Of a stretch of 15,517 bases of DNA, positions 8,346 through 15,517 are shown one piece after another. The DNA is from Geosiphon pyriformis uo1 (taxonomy: Eukaryota; Fungi; Glomeromycota): contig JAAOMT010000693.1 in the NCBI GenBank assembly GCA_016748015.1, positions 1 to 15,517 of the forward strand, written 5' to 3'. A program made the translations under genes and the position numbers. The notes under the pieces were generated by a model. It had not been told where the DNA came from. It saw only the letters and a list, made by a program, of their open reading frames with translations, and did no database searches. Positions within the stretch are counted from its first letter, which is position 1. Every line of letters begins with the position of its first letter.

Positions 8346-9881
8346 ATGGGTGATTATTTATACCTGCCACAACAATCAGAAAAACACTTTGAAGCACACA
8401 ACAAAAACAATCTAGACTTTATTGAACTCAATTTTTTGCCCTTCTGCTTGATTTGCTTCCCCATTGAAAAACAATCCAGCAGACAATTCTAAGACTTTTG
8501 AAACTGGTTCCTGAATGAGCATTCAGCTGAAACCTACACAGTTTATACAACCTATTACTTTGACCAAACTTATTTTGAAGACAACTGTGAAGAAAAAAAC
8601 AACAGCATTAATCAACTTTTATACTCAACAACTTTTAAACAACAGCCCTCTGATTTTGAATATTTGAATCATCAAATCCACATTTGGATTGCTGCTCATT
8701 AATTAACAGAAACTTCTCTTAAAACAAAAGAAGAAAGCTATCAAACCACTCCTGTTTTTGATCTCTTTTCAAGTAAATCAGAACACTCCACACAAACAGT
8801 TATATCTGAACCAATGGCTTAAAACCCTCTGCAACAAAACATTCTGATCACCTTTCAAGGTATACAGACTGCTTTAAGGCAAAGAAACAACATTCTATTA
8901 CTATTATTCAGAGGTAATGCCCAAGATCCAATCGAATGACTGGATGATTTTGAGAGAGCTGCCACAGCAAACCAATATGATAATGAATACAAGTTTCAAA
9001 TCATTGGTGGCTACCTTCAAGGCTCTCCTGCTACTTGGTTCTCACAAGAAACCAATGTCAATGCTCAACAAAAAATTATTAGATGGGCATCAGCAAATGC
9101 TGCAGAAAACAACACCTCTTTCATTACTCAGTTTGAAATGAAATTTAGAACTCCCATTTTAATTTCAAAATGGCATATGAAATTAGAAAGAAAAACTCAA
9201 AACCCTGGTAAGATTGTGACAAAATATGCCAAAGCAATAAAAAAACTCATTAAATAAGTAGACTCTAGAAGAAATTGGACAGAAGAACAGAAAATACATT
9301 CCTTTACAAAAGGACTGAAAACTGATCTATCATATGCTCTTTGGCCCCTCCTGGCCTTAAAAGATAATCCCACAATAGATATGGCCATTGAACTTGCTCA
9401 GAGAATAGAAAACAATCAAAGAATGCACTTAGGATCCACACTTCCAGTTTTTGCTTCTGCTTTTGTTATGGCTGCTACTTTTTTTGCTGCCCAAACTCAA
9501 GACCCAAATAAACAGTTAATAGATAAACTTACAACTAATCTTGCCCAGCTATTAGAACCATTGGCCCAAGCAGTCAAAGACAACCAGCAACTCCAAAGAC
9601 CTAGATTTGAACTCCACTTCAATCAGCCCCAGCAACCACCATATTAAAAACAACAAAATTGTGGTCCACCTATGTACTATTGCTGTGAACTAACTGGACA
9701 CTTTTTTAGAGACTGTAACAATCCTCCATTGCCTCCTTCAGCTCCCAAAAATAATAACACCCAGAATAACAGATCCAACAATAATACTGTTCTCAATTAA
9801 AGATCCAATCATGCCAACATCAATTTTTTTGGAGAGGATTCCTTAGTTGAAGCTACTGTTTATCAGCCTTTAAACTGGTAG
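8346..9881 (+). pseudogene. gag: gag of element B (N-terminal extension, capsid, CCHC knuckle), multiple premature stops
   Basis: Single frame from ATG 8346 to TAG 9879-9881. Capsid motifs LFRGNAQDPIE*LDDFERAATANQY, GYLQGSPATWF, Q.PG..V..Y and SFTKGL. Knuckle (C>Y)YCCELTGHFFRDC at 9675-9716. Confidence 0.88.
9869..9875 (+). promoter_or_regulatory. Candidate -1 ribosomal frameshift heptamer T TTA AAC (gag-pol junction)
   Basis: In correct X XXY YYZ phase in the gag frame, one codon before the gag stop. The -1 frame is open into ORF 9965-10309. Confidence 0.75.
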
Positions 9882-12560
9882 GCGCATCTTTAAAGGGTAA
9901 GAGTACAAACCAACCAGAAAAAAACCCCTTTTATGCTTTTAATCTAACTAATAATGATCATAACATGGATGAATTAGCAATCAACACTTCTGAATCAACC
10001 AGAAAAAAGAAGAAAGCCAAAGTTGATTTTGTTCTAGATCCAAAAAAAGCCTTCATATTAACTGCTGATAACAATGAGCTGCTAAAGACTAAAGTTTTTA
10101 AAAATTTCCTAAAGTTGAAACCTTCAGAAGTAGTACAAAAATCTGGCCCCTATTCTGTTGTTAAAGATCTCATGGAAATCTTTGCACACATTATATTTGG
10201 CCAATTGATGACCCATCTACAGTTCAGAAAAGATCTTTACAAATCATTGATACCAAAGAAAAAAACACCAAAAACCAACAAATGCCCTCACCAAACTGGA
10301 CTTTGCTAATAACAGCAATATCACTTCTCTGATTTGTAAAGCCCAAGTGGCTGGTTACTTCATTGATCTGATTCTAGACAGTAGATCATCTGTTAGTGTA
10401 ATTGCCAAACATTTTCTTAAAGCAATTGGCAAAAAGATTGATGAGCCTTCCACAAAACTAATGACCAATGTATATGGTGACAAGAAGAAAGGCCTGGACA
10501 TAGCCAAAGCTATTCCTATTTGCATTAATAGTATCAGTATTGAAACTAATATGAAAGTGTCTGAAGCAAAAGAGTACACCATTATTGTTGGTAATAAATG
10601 GCTTAAGAAAGCCAAAGCACTATTTGACTATAAACTTTGTAAGCTAACCATCAGATGTGGTGAGAAACTCATTGTGGTTAAATGCCAACATTGGACAACT
10701 CTTCCAGTAACCCAACAGAACAAAAAAGAAAAACAATCAGATGAATCAGATAATAATGAAAACAATGATAATAAAAATCAAGAAAAACAAGAAAAAACTG
10801 CTGAACTCACCTACACTATCTTTATCAGCAATGGCAAGCCACTGAACAATGTTAAAGCTAACAAAGAAGAAATCATGGTAAATAGCAAAATGATCTGCTG
10901 GTCCTACTATGATATCCTCAGAAGAATCTTTGACAAAAAACTTAGTAAGAAACCCAAATACAGTTATTGGTGGCATGGCCCTTGTGCACAGTGCTGGTGT
11001 AATAAACCTTTGTATTCACCAAGGGATGAATGCAAATTCTGTCTGATCTATTACAAAGATTGGGAACCAATTAGTTTGATACCTCAAGAAAAACTCAAAG
11101 AAGTACAAAAGTCTTTTGAGAATAAACCATCTGAAATCTAATCATTGGTTGTAGAACAAAGAAAACCTTCCCCTGAAGAAAAAAAAGTAAACATTAAAAA
11201 TCTGTTGGCTAGAAATAGCCCAGTTATCTCAAAAGAAGGTGACATCCCTGAACAAATCCATGTGATACAACACATCATCACCACCAAAGAAACTCACCCC
11301 ATTTATTTGAAGCTTTATCAATCCAATTGACACAATGATAAGTTTATCAAGAAAGAAATAAACCAGATAAAAGATCTTGAATTTATACAAAAAACCAAGA
11401 ATGAATGGGCTTTTTCAGTTGTAGTAGTATCCAAGAAAGATAGAACTCTATGCTTCTGTGTTGACTACTGCCAATTAAATGCCATCACTATAAGAGACAT
11501 GTACCCACTTCTCAAGATTGATGCAATGCTAGATAAATTCAATGGTGCTGTATTTTTCTCAACCATTGACTTAACTGCTGGATTCTGGCAAGTAGAAATG
11601 GATTCAGAAAGCAGAAAAAAAACTGTCTTTATCACCAAGTATGGCACCTATGAATTTACAGTCATGCTTTTTGGTTTCACCAATGCTCCTCTCACCTTTT
11701 AATGCTTAATGGATAAAGTGTTTGAATCAGTAAAAGAAAACTTTGTTCTGGTTTACTTGGACGACATAATAGTATATTCAAAAACCTGGGATAAATACCT
11801 TAAACATTTACAGAAGAGTTTTAACCTCCTTAGAAATGCTGGCCTTAAGATCAACCCAATCAAATCTTTTTTTGGACACCAATCCACCCAATTTCTTGGT
11901 CATCTTGTTATAAAAGATGGAATCTTTCCTGACCCAGCTAAAGTTGAAAAAGTTCAGAACATTAGACAACCAATAAATGTTTCTGAACTACGTTCTTTCC
12001 TTGGTTTGGCCTTTTACTATTGCAAATTCATCAAGGATTTCTCTAAAATTGCCTTTCCTTACAATTACCTACTCAGAAAAAATGTCAATTATTACTGGAG
12101 CACTTATCAACAAAAAACTTTTGAATTTCTGAAGAAAAAACTTGTTACTAAACCAATTCTCAAACAACCTAATCTGAATCAACTTTTTATCCTTCACACT
12201 GATGCATCTGGTTATGGACTTAGTGCTGTTCTTTCACAGAAAGACGAAAATGGCAGAGAACATGCCATAGCATATGCCAATAGATCCCTTACACCAGCTG
12301 AAAAGAACTATTCAATTACTGAACAAGAATGTTTAGCAATAGTTTAGGCTACTAACTACTAGGACTAATATTTTCTTGGTGCAAAATTCTTAATGGTAAC
12401 AGATCATCAAGCCTTGGTTCGGCTGTGCAAGAAAAAAAAGCTGGAACACAAACAAATAACTCATTAGATACTCCACTTGAATGAATTCGACTATGATATT
12501 CAACACCACAAAGGAGCAAATCATCAAAACACCGATGCTTTTTCTAGACTTATCATCTAG
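9869..12560 (+). pseudogene. pol: pol of element B: aspartic protease, reverse transcriptase, RNase H
   Basis: Protease LILDS(G>R)SSVSVI at 10377-10385. RT motifs FCVDYCQLN, FSTIDLTAGFWQV, MLFGFTNAP and VYLDDIIVYS (YLDD 11754-11765). RNase H LHTDAS, EKNYSITEQECLA, VTDHQAL and NTDAFSRL. One frameshift near 10300 and several stops. Confidence 0.95.
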
Positions 12561-12627
12561 TAACAGTACAACCTCTTAAACCAAACCAACTTAATTATTA
12601 GTAACTCCTTCACAAACAAACACAATA

Positions 12628-13916
12628 ATAGACTTAAACAACTACTCTGCTTTAATGAAATTTTTGGGTAAAAAACAATACCCACCAGAATACACTCAAC
12701 AGTAAAGAGAACATTTGTGCAAACAATCAAATTTCTATTTGATCTGTTAGAACCAATTATACAAAAGAAACAGAAAAGATTTTGACTGCCCCCAAAAAGT
12801 CATCAGATTTGAAGAAAAAGAAATTGTAATATACAATATGTACATTGACCCATTAGTTAGACACTTTGGAAAAACAAAAACAATTCAGAAAACTTTAGTT
12901 TGTTATTATTGGCCTACTTTAAAAAAAAACATTGCTGAATACATTAAAACCTGTGACATCTGCCAAAGAAAAGGCAAACCTAATCACAAAGAAGATATCC
13001 ATCCAATCTTTGTTGGTCAACTATTTAAAAAAATTGGTATAGATGTTGTTGGATCTTTAACAATCACTCCTGATGGCAACAGATATATTATCACAACTAC
13101 TGACTATTTTACAAAGTGGGTAGAAGCAAGAGCCACCTCAGACCAAACAGCAGTCTCAATAGCTAATTTTATTTATGAAGATATTATCTGCCATCATGGC
13201 TGTCCCAAAAAACTTTTATTTGATAAAGGAAGAGCTTTTTTCAGTACACTGGTTGAAAAACTTTGTAGAAAAATGTGAATATGTCATAAACTTTTCTCTC
13301 CTTATCACCTCTAAACAAATAGCTTAGTGGAACGTTTCAATAGAACATTATGTGAAACTCTAGCCAAAACCAGTGAAGAAACAAACTTATAAAACAAAGT
13401 ACTGCTTTTAGCTTTGTTTGCTTATAGAACTGTGAATCATAATATAACAAGTTATGAACCTTTTTATCTGCTCTATGGACGCATGGCAATGCTACTAATA
13501 GAAACTGACATTGAAACAATATTCTTTGAAGAAATCACAATAGAGAATTACAAAAACATTTTGCAAAGAAGACTTAATACTATTTTTGACTCCTTGGTAG
13601 AAGCATAAATAATTGCTTTTAAAAAGATAAAACAGTTCTAAAAAAAGCTTAAAAAAAGAAAACCTATAAAACACTTTCTTTAAGTGTTGATGACTTGGTA
13701 CTAGAATACCATTCAGATAGAGACAATGTTTATGGTGATAAATTTTCTAGCTGGTAGAAAGAACCTTTTATAGTCAACAAAGTTTTGAACAATAATTCTT
13801 ATATTCTTCAAAATCAATCTGAAACAATCTTCAATGATCATTCTGTTCATGATACACAATTCAAGAAATATCATAAACGACCTGATTGGCTGCCTGTTGT
13901 GGTAATATCGACTTAA
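12628..13916 (+). pseudogene. Integrase of element B (HHCC, DDE, GPY/F tail; no chromodomain)
   Basis: ...RHFG...YYWP...CDICQ, IGIDVVG, TDYFTKWVEA, LFDKG, LVERFNRTL, PFYLLYGR, then DKFSSW*KEPFIVNKVLNNNSYIL...WLPVVVIST*. The start coordinate is inferred. Confidence 0.92.
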
Positions 13917-13981
13917 ATAATCAGCAAAAATCAAGTATAAATAAATGCACCATTCCTAAAACAGAGGTATTTTCAATCGAT

Positions 13982-14638
13982 ATGAACAATTATTTTCTGG
14001 ATCAAAACATTCAAAACACTTTCTATATTCTTTATGAGTATTGGATCAAAAACTATCCAAATGCTACTCTGACCATTGGAAAACAAACCACCATAACTGA
14101 TAACAGTAGAATACATACTGTTATTAGACCAAAGAAAACCACTACCAGAAAAAAAAGAATTGGTAATAAAATAGATAAATATTTGTTAAAAAGTATAACA
14201 GCAGTTATACTCCCATCTTCCAACACAATTGGAAAAATACTATAAGAAATCTTACTTATAGACAAAAACTTGTCATATGAAAGACAATTAGAACTCTATG
14301 GTCATCTTGGTGAAATTATAAAGAATATGAAACTCATAAAGAAAACAACTTCAGAGATATAGGCAGAAATTTTGGGCATTATATGGTTATATATTCCAAG
14401 AGTTTTAACTATTGCTAAAAAAACCAAAACTCTAATACAAAGATTTGGTCTTTTGAATACAAAACTCATTTCATTTCAAGTGTTATATACCTTATCCACA
14501 AAAGACTTCAACAAACTAGTTAGCTTTGAGTTAAATAAAACCCTTCCAATAGATTACACCATAAATAGCTTGATTTTGCTGGAGCTCAATCTCTTTGGAG
14601 AAGATAATATTACAGTTGAAACTTATACTTTTTATTAA
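13982..14638 (+). pseudogene. Element B ORF3: accessory protein of unknown function (about 218 codons, two in-frame stops)
   Basis: Track ORFs 13886-14245 and 14372-14638 are in the same frame and joined by *EILLIDKNLSYERQLELYGHLGEIIKNMKLIKKTTSEI*AEI. First ATG after the integrase stop is at 13982. Confidence 0.7.
14597..14604 (+). promoter_or_regulatory. Polypurine tract of element B
   Basis: GGAGAAGA + TAA immediately before the 3' LTR start (TATTACAG, TG>TA) at 14608. Confidence 0.7.
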
Positions 14639-15335
14639 TTATCACATAAATTAGTCACTCTATTTTTAGTAAGTGATCATTGACCTGATCAATAACCTGA
14701 CTATTGACCTGATCATTGACCTGATTATTAACCTGATTAATGACCTAATTATTGACCTGATTATTAATCTGATTATTGACCTAGTCATTGACCTGATTAT
14801 TAACTATTTTTGACAGTTATATAAGTAATGAATTTTTTAGCTGTAGAAAAGCATGAAAAAATCAAAGAAATAAAAGAAATAAAATAACAACTTCATCTCA
14901 ATCTTTCTCTTATCGCTAATTTCTCTTTTCTTATTTTCAAGTATCTAAACATCTTAAAGATAAAAGATTATTTGTTGGTTATTTCTTATCTTTTTCTTGA
15001 AATATGTAATTGCAGCATTTAAAGATTATTAAATAAAACATGACTGAAGAGCACATTTGATACTTGATATTGAATTCTAAGAGTGCTGATGTGAAGCATA
15101 GAATTATACCAAGTGTGATCATTTGTTGATAGTACGGACTATCCCTCTACCTTCAGATTCCTTAGTTACCTTTGAAAAGTATAACGACTAAGATATTTTA
15201 TGAGACTGATCTTGCACATTGAATCTATACTCATTCAATTCACTCTTAAAAGTTGAATTCCCTTTGATTATTTTCATCACTCTACAATCCTGTTCTCTTT
15301 TGCTATTCATTAGCTTGTTACTCTAACCTATAACA
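14608..15335 (+). repeat. 3' LTR of element B (728 bp)
   Basis: Collinear with the 5' LTR. Longer by 74 bp = 8 extra 12-mers (+96) minus a 22-bp deletion. Confidence 0.95.
14674..14805 (+). repeat. Tandem 12-bp minisatellite TGATCATTGACC x11 in U3 of the 3' LTR
   Basis: Eleven units counted directly; only three at the equivalent 5' LTR site 7728-7763. Confidence 0.92.
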
Positions 15336-15517
15336 ATATTATTGTTTTTCAATATAATTAAAAAAATAATTAAAAAATTTATATAAAAAACAAATAAGTT
15401 TTAAATTAACTTAATAAAATTATAAAAAACATAAAACTCTTAAAAAAACAACTATAAAAATACAAATAAAAATTTTGAATATTATATAATTAAATATTTT
15501 TAAAGTTTTAATTATTA

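Larger units (their letters stand above)
7640..15335 (+). mobile_element. Full-length pseudogenised Ty3/gypsy LTR retrotransposon B (7696 bp)
   Basis: Paired LTRs, PBS, gag, PR-RT-RH-IN order, PPT and flanking ATAT (7636-7639 and 15336-15339) as a 4-bp TSD. Confidence 0.96.

Noticed and set aside
8917-14265. Off-frame and minus-strand short ORFs within element B (e.g. 8917-9141, 10355-10615, 10746-10976, 14053-14265)
   Set aside because: Alternative-frame or antisense shadows of gag/pol/ORF3. Their hydrophobicity reflects A-rich sense codons, not membrane proteins.

Overview
AT-rich eukaryotic (fungal-type) chromosome end with no recognisable host gene. The repeat families look like those of Glomeromycotina/Geosiphon-like fungi; this is recollection, not a search. 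Layout: (CCCTAA)n telomeric tract grading into CCCTAT variants (1-256), fused directly into the broken integrase of Ty3/gypsy element A (integrase tail, intact 235-aa extra ORF, PPT, 968-bp 3' LTR 1580-2547). Element A interrupts the APE endonuclease of a minus-strand LINE (2548-~5012; ORF1 RRM+CCHC, TAATG-coupled ORF2), which abuts a heavily decayed Ty3 protease relic (~5013-5605). A second, more decayed copy of the element A 3' end (6241-7045) is broken by a perfect 19-bp Tn5/Nextera mosaic end, most likely an assembly artefact. Then comes a full-length pseudogenised Ty3/gypsy element B (7640-15335; LTRs, PBS, PPT, 4-bp ATAT TSD). The best novelty candidate is a complex-retrovirus-like Ty3/gypsy architecture. 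Element B has an extended Gag, a UUUAAAC -1 frameshift, a Cys-rich PR-RT insert and a possibly stand-alone integrase. Both A and B have an integrase ending in a P-x-V/I-x-I motif rather than a chromodomain, a non-env ORF3 running through the PPT into U3, and an element-specific array of short palindromic motifs in U3.
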